DNA of 64,000 nt from Neocallimastix sp. 'constans' (taxonomy: Eukaryota): assembly GCA_050613775.1 (NCBI GenBank), contig JBODTK010000130.1, positions 372,001-436,000 on the forward strand. The letters are read 5' to 3'. Below, in pieces: positions 32,553-46,439 of the stretch. Numbering within the stretch: the first letter of the stretch is position 1; every line of letters begins with the position of its first letter. Made by a program: the position numbers and the translations under genes. The notes beneath the pieces were generated by a model. It made no database searches and had not been told where the DNA came from. It saw nothing but the letters and a program-made list of their open reading frames with translations.

Positions 32553-34662
32553 CGTTAATTGTCAAATTTTATCACAAGTCAGTTCTTTAAACATAAATGG
32601 ATAATAATTAATAATTTTAATAATTAATAATTTTAATAATGAAAAAAAAAAAAAAAATTTATTTTTAAATATATAAATATATATTTTATTGTTAAAAGGT
32701 TAAATATTATTATTTAATAATATTTAGTATTTAAAAAAAATACAATAAAATAATAAATGATAATTTTAAATCAAGAAAATAATATATATTAATTATTAAT
32801 TTTAATTTTATCTTTTTTTTTTTTTTTTTAAAGATTCAAAAAAAAAAAAATCTTTACATATAATAATATTATACATAAACGTTATATCTGTTAAATATTT
32901 AAGAATATTATATATGAAAGGTATTGAATGTAGCAAAGGAGTACTTTTTGTTAATATTCAAATATAAAAAGTAAAATTGAAGACTAATAAATGAAAAAAG
33001 TGAAAATATATAAAATAAAGAATAAAAATAAATAAATAAATATTAAATAATAAAAAAAAATTATGATTATTAAATATCTAATAAAAGAATTTATGACTAA
33101 TAAGTTTTAATTTATATAAAAAAAAATAAAAAAAAATAAAAATAAAAAAAAAAAAAAAGATTTTCTTTATTAAACTTTTTATTATTTATTTTCATGTTTT
33201 CCTTATGAAATAAATTAAATGAATGGAAAATTTAAACTTCCTAATAATAATAATAAATAATAATAATAATAATAATAAAATTAAAATAAAAAATAAATAA
33301 AAAAATAAAAAATAAAAAAATTCATTTTATGAAATTTTATAATTGATTTAATTTTAGTTTTAACAAATATTTGATTAATATTTATCCTACTTTATTAATT
33401 ATTTATTATTTATTATATATTAATTAATATTAAAACAATCATTAATTTAATATTCAATAATAAGATTCAATAATAATAGTATTTAATAATAATATTTAAT
33501 AATTATAATAATAATCAATAATAATAATAATCAATAATATTTAATAATAATATTTAGTGGCTTGTTAATTTAATAATCCCTTTTAATTTCATACTAAATA
33601 TTTTGAATTTATAAGAAATATTTTAAAAAAAAAAAAAAAAAAAAAATTTAAAATATTCTCATATGCTTGTTTTAAATTAAATGCTTTTAATAAAAATTTT
33701 TTTATTATTTAATAAAATTTATGGATAGAATTAAAATTAAAATTAAAATTAATATTAATATTAAAATTAATATTAAATTTAAAATTTAAAATTTAAAATT
33801 TAACAAATATATGCGTATTGTACACAATGGACATCTACATTGATACCACAGAGAGAGATGATATTTTTACTCTATGGAATATTAGTAAAATGATTAATTC
33901 TTGCTTTCTATTTATCATTTTATGAAATTTTATAATTGATTTGATTTTAGTTTTAACAAAATTGATAAAGCATAAAAAAAATTATTCATGAATTTAATAA
34001 TATTTTTTTATAATATAATTTTATAAGAAAATATTATCTATATAATAAAAATAATATATAAAAAATAAATTCTAGGAAAAGATAAATATGTACAAACGAA
34101 AAACATAAAAAAAAATTTTTTTTTATATTTTCAACAATTTATGTAATGTATAATGTATTAAATATTATTGGTTAAAATAGTATTAAAAATTATAATAATT
34201 TAAAATCATAATTAATAAAATAATAATTGAAAATTATAATAATAGTAATAATAATAATAATAATAATTAGTTTTATTTTCTTATGATTATAAATTATTAA
34301 ATAATTATTAAATAACAACAATTCTATTAAATTATTTTGTTTCACTTTTTTTTTTATTATTATTGTTACTAATCATGATGGTTTTCTACTTTTAATTATT
34401 AATTTAATATTTATTAAAAAAATAATAATATTAATAATAAATAATAATAATAATAATAATAAAACATAATATTTATATTATATTAATTATTAGTGATGAA
34501 TTAAAAAAAAAAAATTTTTTTTTTTTTGAAAATACATTAGGTTATTTCATTTCATGAATTATTTATTTAACAAAATAATTTAATATTAACTTATATAATA
34601 ATAATAATTAGTAAAAATATATTTACTTCATTTAGTTTTATTTATAATTATTAAAATTATTA

Positions 34663-34698
<36 letters not shown>

Positions 34699-34723
34699 TT
34701 TATATTTCATATTTCATATTTCA

Positions 34724-34763
<40 letters not shown>

Positions 34764-34768
34764 ATTTC

Positions 34769-37043
34769 TTATATATATTTATCATCTATGGTCCATTGAT
34801 ATTTTCGATTTGATAATTGTATTTCCATTTTTACTTTCTTATTTTTTTTTTCTTTTTTTTCTTGTTTTTTTCTTGTTTTTTTTTCTTGTTTTTCCTTAAA
34901 GTTAACGTTAAAATTACCATTAGCACCATGATTAATTAAATATTCTATGATGAAATCCTCTCCGTTGCGAATGGCTATATCTAAAGGCGCTAAGATTTCA
35001 TTTTGTTTACTTTTACATTGAATATTAACATCCGCTCCATGTTCAATAAAACATTTGACTAAGGACAGGTTTCCATGATGACAAGCCATACCTAAAAGGG
35101 TATATTCTTCGTTAAACCTATTGGTATACTTGTCATTCATATGACCACCATGTTCAATGAAATATTTTAGAAAGACTTCATCTTCCTTTTCAAAAGCAAT
35201 ACTTAAAGGAGTATAGATTTCATTATATTCATTCTTACATTTCACATTAACATTGGCACCATGCTCAATTAAATATTTCACTATGGATTCATGTCCATAG
35301 TCATAGGCGCTGATTAATGGAGTATAAATTTTATTTTGTCTATCTTTACATTTACTATCAATATTTGCTCCATGTTCCACTAAATATTTTACTAAGGACA
35401 TATTTCCTTTCTTACAGGCCACACTTAAAGGGGTAAATATTTCGTTAAACCTAGTGGTATACTTATCATTAATTCGACCACCATGTTCAATGATGTATTT
35501 TATTAAGGATTCATCTTCATGGTGACAGGCAATACCTAAAGGGGTATAAATTTCATTATATCTTTTCTTACATTCAGTATTAATATCTGCTCCATGTTCC
35601 ACTAAATATTTTACTAAGGACAAATTTCCTTTCTCACAAGCCTTACCTAACGGAGTATATATTTCGTTAAGCCTAGTGGTAAACTTTTCATTAATTCGAC
35701 CACCATGTTCAATGATATATTTTATTAGGGATTCATCTTCCTTTTCAAAAGCAATACTTAGCGGAGTATATATTTTATTATATGCATTTTTACATTGCAC
35801 ATTAACATCGGCACCATGTTCAATTAAATATTCCACTATGGAGGCTTTTCCATTGTAACAGGCACTTATTAAAGGGGTATCATAGATGACATCTTTGGAT
35901 TCATGATCCTCACGATACATCGTATGATTCGTTTGACTATATTCAGTATGAGATTTGTTGTTGACTGCTTTATAACTATTTTTAAGAACACTTTGAGAAG
36001 GGGGATAATCCACGGTTCTTCTTTTTAATTGATAATTCACATCAGCACCATGTTCAATTAAAACTTTTACAGTGGATTCTTGCCCATATTTACAAGCAAT
36101 CAATAGAGGGGTTTTATAGGAATTATCAGATAAAAATTCTACATTGATATCAGCGTCATGCTCTAACAAATATTTTATCAAGGAGTCATTTCCCTCGGCA
36201 CAGGCCAAACATAATTCAACATTAACATCAGCACCATGTTCTATCAAATATTTTACCGTGGATTCCATATTATTTTCAAAGGCATGACCTAAAGGTGTTT
36301 TAATCATACCATAGATCAGACTTTTGTATTTAGAATTGACATTGGCACCATGGTCAATCAGATATTTTGCTAAAGAGGCATATCCGTTTTCACAAGCCAA
36401 AATTAAAGGTGTTTTCTTCAACCAAAAAAATGAATCTAATTTAGCATTGACATTAGCGCCATGTTCTATCAAATATTTTACAATAGATTCCATATTATTT
36501 TCACAGGCGAAACCTAAAGGTGTTTGAACGACATAATCACATTTATTTTTATATTTTGAATTGATATTAGCGCCATGGTCAATTAAATAGTTTGCTAAAG
36601 GCTCATTTCCATTTTCACAAGCAATGATTAAGGGTGTTTTTCCCGACCAAAAATAAGATTTTATTTCATCATTGACATTGGCGCCATGTTCAATTAAATA
36701 TGAAACAAGTGATACATCACCATAGTCACATGCACTGCCTAAAGGTGTTTCTATTGAACCATGGAATTTTAATTTTGCGTCATTACTAGCTCCATTAATA
36801 TTAGCACCATGTTCCACTAAGTATTTTACGACAGATTTGTTTCCCTTTTTACATGAAATAGTTAAGGGAGTTTTAATTGAACTTGAGGATAATAACTTAA
36901 CATTTATATTTGCACCATGCTCAACCAAATAGTAAACTAAAGCTTCATGTCCATATTGACAAGCAAGACTTAATGGGGTTTCCAACGATTTCAAATCCAT
37001 ATTATCATTATCATCCATACTTTCACTACTATCTGAAATTGTA

Positions 37044-37074
<31 letters not shown>

Positions 37075-38386
37075 CTTTAATTTTGGCGGTCTCGCTGATA
37101 TATGTTTTTAAAGGAATATTAACATCAGCCCCATATTCCACTAAATATCTGATCAGCGCTTCATTTCCGTTTCGACAGGCCACCGATAATAGAGTTTCAA
37201 CAATTTTAATTTTTTTTCGACTAGGAAAATTCTTCTTTAAAATGAAATTGGTTTTTAGTTTCACATTAACATCTGCCCCACAGGCCATTAAAAATTTAGC
37301 AATGGCTATTTTCCCTCTTTCACAAGCAATACTTAATGGTGTTTCAATAGTTTCGTAATGGTATTCATCGTAAAATGTTCTTGAATAATAAAATTTTTTA
37401 AAAGTCATCGTTTTTATTTCAATATTACTATTAGCACCACATTCCATTAAATATTTTACAAGGGCTTCATTTCCCTTTTTACAAGCAATAGTTAAAGGGT
37501 ATTCGTTCGTTTCTAAACCAAAGTGATAATCATATTCATGAAAATAATATTTCCTATTTGGGAATATCGAATATAAAAAAGAATTCATTTTTATATCATC
37601 AAAGGTATCGCTATACCTTACACATTTCAAATTAACTTTAGCTCCCAATTGAATTAAATGTTTTATCAACAAACTATTTCCTTTTTCACAGGCATCGATT
37701 AACGGAGTATGCCTACCATTATCACTTCTTTTATTTACATCAAACTTTGAATTAATTAGATAGTAGATAAGAAGATCTAATTCATAATTATAAGCGTCAA
37801 TTATAAATTGACTTGTGTTTCCTGGAGGCACAATGACAGTAATATATTTTAAAATAATATAATTCAATTCAACCGGGGATAAAGGCTTCCTATATTTATA
37901 ACAGTAACAAAATTTTAAGATGCCCTCATTTTCAACAAGACCTAAATAGTTCAAAATGACATTTAATAATTTATTTTCTTTATTTCTCATTAATTTTTGA
38001 AGGAATAATGAAGAGAGAATGGTGTCATGGTCCTTTTTCTGAAGAATAAATGTCAAACTACCTGGTGAAATAGAATAATCTTTGTAAATTTCTAAAATAA
38101 TATCATCAATTTTAAATTCAATACTGTTAATACGAAGTAAATGATTTAACAATTCCGAATTCCTGGTATCCAAAGCGAACGCACATAAACGAACATAGAG
38201 CTCTTTTTTATTCAACAATTCTATATTTCCATCTTGAAATAATTTATGATTTTCAATTGTTTTAAAAAGATTTTCGTCCTCTGAAAAGTTATCGTTATTT
38301 TTATATATTTTTAATATTCCTTTAATTGTATTTTTTATATTCTTTGTGAGAAAGAATGGATTTTCATTATTCGTTGAGAAGGCCAT
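34769..38386 (-). CDS. Large ankyrin-repeat protein (single ORF, ~1205 aa)
   Basis: About 20 TPL..AC..G...LVKYLIEHGADVN repeats; first in-frame ATG at 38386. Confidence 0.92.
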
Positions 38387-39864
38387 ATTTTTCAATTTAT
38401 ATATTTATATTGTTATATTATATTATATTATATTATATTATATTTATTTATTTATTATTGATTATTTAATAAAAAAATATGTATATATAATAAAACTGTT
38501 TTAAATTTTCATTTTTTTTTTAAAAAAAAAATTATAAAATATTTGTTTGTAAATTCGTTAATGTATTCTTTTGACATTATATTTATTGCAAAGTAAAAAC
38601 AATGATATTCTTTCTTTCTTTTTTATTTTTTATGATATAAGAAAAAAAATAATAAATAATAAAAAAAAAAAAAAAATTTTTTTTTTTTTTATTTATTGCT
38701 GAATCATTTCCTTAATTTTTATGACTGAACCACTGCTATAATTTTTTTTTTATGTTAAATAATAATATTTGAGTTTAAACTCTATTTTATGATAATGATA
38801 AAGTCTATGAAGTATCCTTGACTATTTATTATTTCAAGATTATATATACATCTTTCTATCCTTCTATTTATTTTCTTTTCTTTCAATTAATATTAAGCTA
38901 TTTTTATTTTATTATATTTATTTTTTAATCAAATAAGATAGGAAAGACATAATTAAATAAAATTAAATAAAATAAAAGTAAAAAGAATAACTATTATATC
39001 ATGAAGGCATAAAATATTTAATTTTTTATTTTTTTTTCTTATTTCTAAAATTATATTTAATTAAGATAGAAAATATCACAAAAAATAGAAAAAATAAAAA
39101 TTAAGAAAAAAAAAAAGATTTTATATATTTTTTGTTTTTCTTTTATTTAAAAAAGAAAATATTTCATTTGTTACATTTCTAAAACTTCTAATATCTTAGT
39201 CTTTAATTTTTTTTTTTTTTTAAAAAAAAAAAATTTAACTATATTCAATAATATTTAAATTAAAATAAAATTTATATCACGTGGATAGAAATAAAAAATA
39301 TAATAATAAAAAAAATTAAAATATTCACTTTTTCTTATTATTATAAATGTGTGTGTATAATTTAATCACATATCCTCACTTTCAACATAATATTATTATC
39401 AATAATTAAATATTATTATTATTAAAGTAAATGTAAATTATTTTTTTATTTTTTTTTTTTAATTTTTTTTTATTAATAAAGAAAAATTGTAATCTACACA
39501 AATTATTATTGATTATAATGAGATAATGATTAGGTTTATCTTAATACATTGTTAAAAAATATGACTTAATATATTTATTATAAAAGAATTATTTTCAATA
39601 AATAATATAAATGAAATTTTATTATTTGTATTTGTATTTGTAATGTTTTATGCTTTTTTTTTTTTTTTATATTTTCTAATCTATTTATATATTTAAATAT
39701 AAAAATGAATTAATATATTAATATATACTTGATTATTATTGTTATATATAGTGTTTGTTATCTCTGTTATGTTATTTCTTTGATAGTGTTTTTTTTTTTT
39801 TTTAAAATAAAATATATATATATATTTTATTCCTATCTTAATGAATTTTGAGAGAGTAGCCTCT

Positions 39865-40651
39865 CTATGAATTTAAATAAGTAGTTCTACATTTTGCGGT
39901 TTGAGCAGTTGTCTATCATAATGATAAAATATGATTTAAAATTTTAATGATTATAAAAATAATATTATTATTAATATTAATATTATTATTATTATTATTA
40001 TTATTTATTTGATGATAATATTAATATTTTTAATATTATTAATATTAATTTGAATGTTAATAAAAATATATATTATCTTGAATAATATCTTATTTTTTCA
40101 ATAAAACTTTTAAATGATATATATATGTATATATATTTACATTTGAAAAATCATGATTGATACTAAAATATTTGGTCGGCATTTCAGCTTTTACTGGTTT
40201 ATAATAGCCATAATCATTAGAGGTAGTAGTAAAGAATATATTTTCCTTTTTAGATTCATAATTCCATAATTCTTCGTATAAATTTAGTTAACAAATAAAA
40301 AAAATGTATCATACATACATGTTAAATTAATATTAATATTACAGTTTTAAAATATTAAAAGTTAAATTATATCTAATTATAGGTATATACCAGGTCTTTG
40401 TAATGATTCAGGTATTACTGATGGATCATTTCCATCTAATACAACTATGTATTTATAATAAAAAAAAATTACAAAATAAAAATGAATAAATATACATTAT
40501 ATTCATCATGACTTATAAATTTATTTACATAATTTCAAATAAATGATAATTAAAATGATATATGAAAATAGTACACTACTATCAGTATAATATGATGCTT
40601 ACTTAACCGTTCAGTGTTTTTAACTTCTGATTTATTATTTGTTTCAGACAT
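39865..40651 (-). CDS. PIERCE1/2-like (DUF4490, C9orf116 family) ciliary microtubule inner protein, 93 aa; exons 40651-40603, 40444-40391, 40271-40141, 39912-39865
   Basis: Four exons with GT-AG introns and matching phases translate to MSETNNKSEVKNTERLIVLDGNDPSVIPESLQRPELWNYESKKENIFFTTTSNDYGYYKPVKAEMPTKYFSINHDFSNTTAQTAKCRTTYLNS. The TTSNxYG...EMPxxxF....FS pattern is recalled from PIERCE proteins. Confidence 0.75.
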
Positions 40652-40934
40652 TTTTTTTTTTTTTTTATTATTATTATTATTAAATTATGGTCTTTTTTTA
40701 ATTAATTTTTAATTATAAGATATTAAATATAGTATATATACATATATATTATTTGTTTAAGATTAAAATAATAAGTTGATTTTAAACTTTCAGTCATTTC
40801 TTCTTTAAATAATAATATTAAACTAAAAATAAAAAATAGTTTATTATAAACTTCACCATTACTTATATATATATATTAATATATAAATATTTAATTTCTT
40901 TTTATACAAAAAATTATAAATAAACTTTTAATTT

Positions 40935-40988
<54 letters not shown>

Positions 40989-41207
40989 TAATATAACTTT
41001 AATATTTAAAAAAATAAATTAATCATTATTATTATTATTTCTATTTATTAACAAAATTTAAAAAATAATCTTTTTATTCAATAATAATTTCCTTTTTTTT
41101 TTTTTTTTTTTTTTTTTATATTAACTATATATTTAAAATATAAACTATTAACTTTCTTTTAAAATTAATAATAATAATAATATATACAAGAAAGATAAAA
41201 AAAGATA

Positions 41208-41251
<44 letters not shown>

Positions 41252-41832
41252 ATTAAATATTGAATAAAAAATGAATAAAAAAAAAAAATTAAAAATATTT
41301 ATCATAAAACTAAATAGAAATAACTATTTCCATTTTATTTATATTTAAAAATAGTAAAATAGTACTATTTAAAAAAAAAAAAAAAAAAAAAAAAAATTAA
41401 ATTCTATTCCATGTTTTTTTTTTTTTAAAAAAAAAAAATAAACTTTATTTATATATATATTTTTTATTTCTAATAAAACTTTAAAATATAGCCAATTAAA
41501 AAAAAAAAATAATAATAATAAATGTATAAAAATAAAACTAAAAAAATTTATATATACATATACACATAATATAAATATAAATATATATATTAATATTTAA
41601 TTTTATATTTATATTTATATGCTTTTACTATTTTTTTTTTTTGCTTTTTTTTTTTTTATTTATTTGTTTGTTTGTTTTGCTTTGTTTTCTTCATTTATAA
41701 GATATTTACATACTAATAATTAATATTTTTAATGTTTTTTTTTATTCATATTTATTTCATACTATATATATATTTTTTTATTATTAATCTATTCAAAATA
41801 ATATCTATTATTATTATTAATATTTTATATTT

Positions 41833-42282
41833 TTAGTTATTATTTATTATTCTTTCCATTTTTACATGAGGAATATTATCTTCTAAAAATGGTTCAGAGA
41901 CAACTTTAAATCCTTCTCTTTCATAATAACCTATGGCATAAGTTTGCGCTTCTAAATAGATTTTTTTGGCATGTAATTGTTGAATGGCTACCTCAACTCC
42001 AGTATGTAATATTTTTCCACCAAGTCCTTGACCATGGACTAACGTCACCACTCGACCTATTTGAACAACCCCATTCTCTTTATCACGTTCAAAGACACGT
42101 AAATAAGCTGCAACTCGTCCCTTCTCATTCCAACAAAACACATGAAGTGCAGGATCATCCAAATCATCTAAATCCATATAGGGACAGTTTTGTTCCACTA
42201 CAAATATTTCTTGTCTCGTTTTTAGTATTTCATAGAGTTCTTTAGTGGTTAGTTCGTCAAACGTTTTAATAATAAAATCCAT
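41833..42282 (-). CDS. elaA: GNAT acetyltransferase, ElaA family
   Basis: ELYEILKTRQEIFVVEQNCPYMDLD, IGRVV..HGQGLG, LEAQTYAIGYYEREGF, FLEDNIPHVKM; intronless. Confidence 0.9.
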   Translation of the reverse strand: MDFIIKTFDELTTKELYEILKTRQEIFVVEQNCPYMDLDDLDDPALHVFCWNEKGRVAAYLRVFERDKENGVVQIGRVVTLVHGQGLGGKILHTGVEVAIQQLHAKKIYLEAQTYAIGYYEREGFKVVSEPFLEDNIPHVKMERIINNN

Positions 42283-42455
42283 GAAGTAAAATAAAATAAT
42301 ATATTTATATAATTTTTTTATTTTATTTTTTTTTTTTTATTTATTCATAAAAAAAATTATATAGTTAAATAAATAAGAATAAGAAGAAATAATAAATATA
42401 TAAATTGAAAAAATAAATAATAATATTTTCTTTTCTCTTTCTTTTTCCTTTTTCC

Positions 42456-42487
<32 letters not shown>

Positions 42488-42705
42488 TATTTCCTTTATA
42501 TAATATTAAATAAAAAGAATGCTAAGGGTACAAAAACGAGAATAAAATAAAAATAAAAAAAAAATTATTATTATTATTATTATTTTTTGATTAGAAATTT
42601 TAATAATGATTTTTTTTTTTTTTTTTTTAATTAAAAAAAAATTTTTTTTAATATTTCATTTAATGTTATACAATTAATTAAAATATAATCATAATATATA
42701 AATTA

Positions 42706-42736
<31 letters not shown>

Positions 42737-43455
42737 CATTGCCCATTTTCTCCTTTAAATATTTTTAATATAAATATTTCATTTAATTTTTTTTTTTTTT
42801 TTAATTGGCTCTTTTTTATTAATATTGGATATTTTAATATAATGTATACATTAATTTAGCATATGTAGTACATATATTATGCTATTGTGGATATGATGTA
42901 TATTTCCCAGTAGGAATAATGCATTTCAGAAAAAGTTCATTTTCATAATGTGGTGGCATATTACAACAGAAAGTGACGACTTTTTTAACTTATAAATATT
43001 TACATATAAAAATTATTTATTTTTATTTTTTTTTTAAACTACATAATTGTTATATTAATAATTTTGGTAATCTTTTCATCTGTTTTTTTTTTTGTTTGTT
43101 TTTTTTTTAACTATTTATTATAAATTAGTATTTATATATAATTTAAATTGAACATTTAAACCATAATCCAACATTATTCATAAAAGAAATAATGTTGAAT
43201 AAGACAGCAATGAAAGTATAAAAGTAATTAATAAAAAAAAAATAGTAATATTAAAATTTAAAGATATCTTAATATTTTTATTAATCTGTTGACTGTTCAA
43301 AATAATAATAATAATAATAATAATAATTATAATAATATAATTCATTAGTAATATTTAATTATAAAAATATCCAATTTTTTTTTTAAACTCCATAATTATT
43401 TATTATTTGTTATTATATTTAAAAAAATTAACTCATATATTAATAAATAATTAAA

Positions 43456-43456
<1 letters not shown>

Positions 43457-43520
<64 letters not shown>
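43457..43520. repeat. (AAT)n microsatellite
   Basis: Perfect trinucleotide run. Confidence 0.9.
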
Positions 43521-43521
<1 letters not shown>

Positions 43522-44137
43522 CAGATGAAAAGATCATTAAAATGATTAATATTTATAAATAATTATATAGAGTTTAAAAAAAAATAATAATCTTTGTGTT
43601 AAGTATTATTAATTTTTTATTATTATAATATTTTTATTAATATCTTAATAAATATTATTTTATCAATATTTATTTGCTTATTAATTATTAATATTAATTA
43701 TTTAATTATTTATTTGTTTATGAATTATTAATTATTATTTATATATTTATTTATTTATAATAAAATAACTACTTTGAAATTTCATATTGAAAATCCAGTT
43801 CCTCCTACTATTGTAATTTTCTTTTAATAACTTCTTATACGACGTTTATAGTATAATTTTAAAAAAATAATTGTATTATATATATATTTTTTTTTTACAA
43901 AATAAAGGTTAGAATAATTTTTTTTTTTTTATTTTATTGATTTTATTTTAATTTTTTTAAAGTTTAACCCTTTATTTTAATTTTTACAATCTAATAGTAA
44001 AAAAAAAAAAAAAATAAATTAAAATAAAAATAAAATTAAATATATATATATATATTTTATTTATTTATTTAAAGATATTTTATAATCTGTTGAAAAATTT
44101 TTTTTTATTAATTAAAAAAAAATAAATGTATTTTTAA

Positions 44138-44211
44138 CACTCACGGCGGGACTTGAACCCGCAATCTTCAGATTAGAAGTCTGACGCCCTATCCGATTAG
44201 GCTACGCGAGC
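44138..44211 (-). tRNA. tRNA-Arg (anticodon TCT), intronless
   Basis: GCTCGCG/CGTGAGT acceptor, TCAGA-CTTCTAA-TCTGA anticodon arm, GCGGG-TTCAAGT-CCCGC T arm. Confidence 0.97.
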
Positions 44212-45521
44212 ATCATTATTCTTTTTAATACAGAATGAACAAATAATACTAATTGTGCTAGAATAATATAAATTATTCTAACCTTATAGATTATTCTATT
44301 CTATATAATTGGAACTTTCCAATATTCTTCAAATATTACTAAATAGCAATCTTAAGTTAATAAATCACTAATTAACTTATAATTCCTTTTTGAATTATCG
44401 ATCCGATTCCATTATAATGTATTAAAAATCTTTAGCCAAGAATATTGTCCTTGCCCACTTAATATATTAATATTATATTTCTTTTGTATTATGTTATATT
44501 GAAAATAATCAAATCTATTTAATTAGTTATTAAAATTTTCGTTATCAATTTAAATTTATTTTTAATTACTAAATTTAACTAAACCACAATAAAATATTCT
44601 GTATAATCTTTTTATTTTTATTTTATATATATTAGTATTAAACTATTATTAAATAATTAATAATTCAATAATATATAGCTACTATTTATAACAATAATAT
44701 TATTAACTAAAATAATAATTCAATTTCAATTTAAATGTTTTATTTATAAAAATAATTAGTAATTAGTTTATTAAAAAAATAGTTAGGCTTTACAAATTTT
44801 AATTTGATAAAAAAATATAAATACATGTAATTTTAGTGAAATAAAATATAATCAATAACTTTCTTTTTATTAAATAAATAATTATATTATTATTTTTCTT
44901 TTATAAATTTAAATAAATAAATATTGATTTTAAAACAAATTATTTTTTTTATTGTAATTTTATTATTTGTGTTAATTATTATTATATTCCTAAAATTATA
45001 TGAACCATACCATGAAAAATTGGTGGAGATATCGGGGAATATAATAATAAATTAATACATTGGGGATAAAATTATAATATTAATAAATAATTTTTCTAAT
45101 AAAACAAATATTTTTTTAAAAAAGAAAACAATTTTTATATTTTTAACTAATTATTATTAATTGTTAAAAATATTAATTAATATTAAATTAAACTAATATT
45201 CGTGCATAGATTTCCGGGTTAAGTTTATCCTACGTAGTAATTGGGCTAGTAGGCTCTGGACTGCTATTTTTTATATTGAAAATAGTAACCGTGGCACACG
45301 CGTGGCATGACACCTTTCAAGAGGTAAGCTGCACGTCAGACAGTGTGTACTATCAGATTGCACGATTATTATAATTTAATAAGTGATTAATAATAATAAA
45401 TAATTAATAATTTTATTAGTTAAAAGATTTATTTTTTTTTTTTTTTTTTTATTTTTACTTTTTTATAACAATTTATACATTACGAGGTTTAGCATTCTAT
45501 AGATACAATAAATTTTATTTT

Positions 45522-46439
45522 ATGAGAACATCCAGTACTTCCAGTACTCCAACAGAGAGTACTCCAGAAAGTAAGCTTAGCTTCAGAGAATTAAAGAAAG
45601 AATTAAAAGATTTTGAAAAGCTTACTAAACAAAACCTTGACATCAACTCCTGGGCAAATGAGTTAAAGGCATGGATAAAATACCAACATATCAAGGATCC
45701 TGAAACTATTTTTACTGCTTGTATATTAACAGCTTCTGGAGAACCAAGAGAAATTATCCAAGAACTAGAAGATGGAAATGACCTTACTGAAGATGAAGAT
45801 TCTGATTTCGATAGCGATAGTGAAGGAGAAGATGATGAAGAAAGTGAATCTACTAGCACCTACCCAAGCCTTGATGAAATCACAAATCATCTGAAGACTT
45901 TCTATGGACTTAAAGAAGATCAAACCAACTTGTTACGAGAATTGCGTTCCATGAAAATAAAGAAGAACGAGAAAGTTAAAGATTTTAATGTCCGTTATAG
46001 ATCTTTGTACCATAAATTGGATAAAAAGAGAAGAAGAAAAATTAGTGTTTTAGATTATGCAGATTCCTTAACCAATAATCCTGACGCATGGAGAAAGGTT
46101 ATGCTTAAAGACAATATTTCTATTACCAAAGCATTCGCTATAGCTGAAAAAGTTGATCGTTTATCTATTAAAAATAGTACTGAATATTATGATAAGACTC
46201 GTTACAATCTCCTTAACTCTAAAAGTAATTTTAATAAGAACATTTCAAATGATTTTAACAAACCAAAAACCCACAAAAATGTATCTATAGAAAATCTCAC
46301 TAACAAGATGAAAGAAATGAAAATTAGTACTTGCTGGTTTTGTAGCAATGAAGGACATACCAAACGAAACTGTCCTAAATTAAATTCTATATTGGAAAAT
46401 AACCGCAAGAAGTTTTATGAAAATCATTTAAACCACTAA
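45522..46439 (+). CDS. gag: Gag with CCHC zinc knuckle
   Basis: 305 aa, nearly identical to copy A Gag. Confidence 0.93.
   Translation: MRTSSTSSTPTESTPESKLSFRELKKELKDFEKLTKQNLDINSWANELKAWIKYQHIKDPETIFTACILTASGEPREIIQELEDGNDLTEDEDSDFDSDSEGEDDEESESTSTYPSLDEITNHLKTFYGLKEDQTNLLRELRSMKIKKNEKVKDFNVRYRSLYHKLDKKRRRKISVLDYADSLTNNPDAWRKVMLKDNISITKAFAIAEKVDRLSIKNSTEYYDKTRYNLLNSKSNFNKNISNDFNKPKTHKNVSIENLTNKMKEMKISTCWFCSNEGHTKRNCPKLNSILENNRKKFYENHLNH

Noticed and set aside
33322..33960. 45-bp direct repeat about 595 bp apart
   Set aside because: AT-rich local duplication with no element termini or coding content.
42860..42986. Possible small ncRNA ending AAGTGACGACTTTTTT, like the tRNA-Ser 3' end
   Set aside because: No cloverleaf, A/B boxes or convincing snoRNA boxes.
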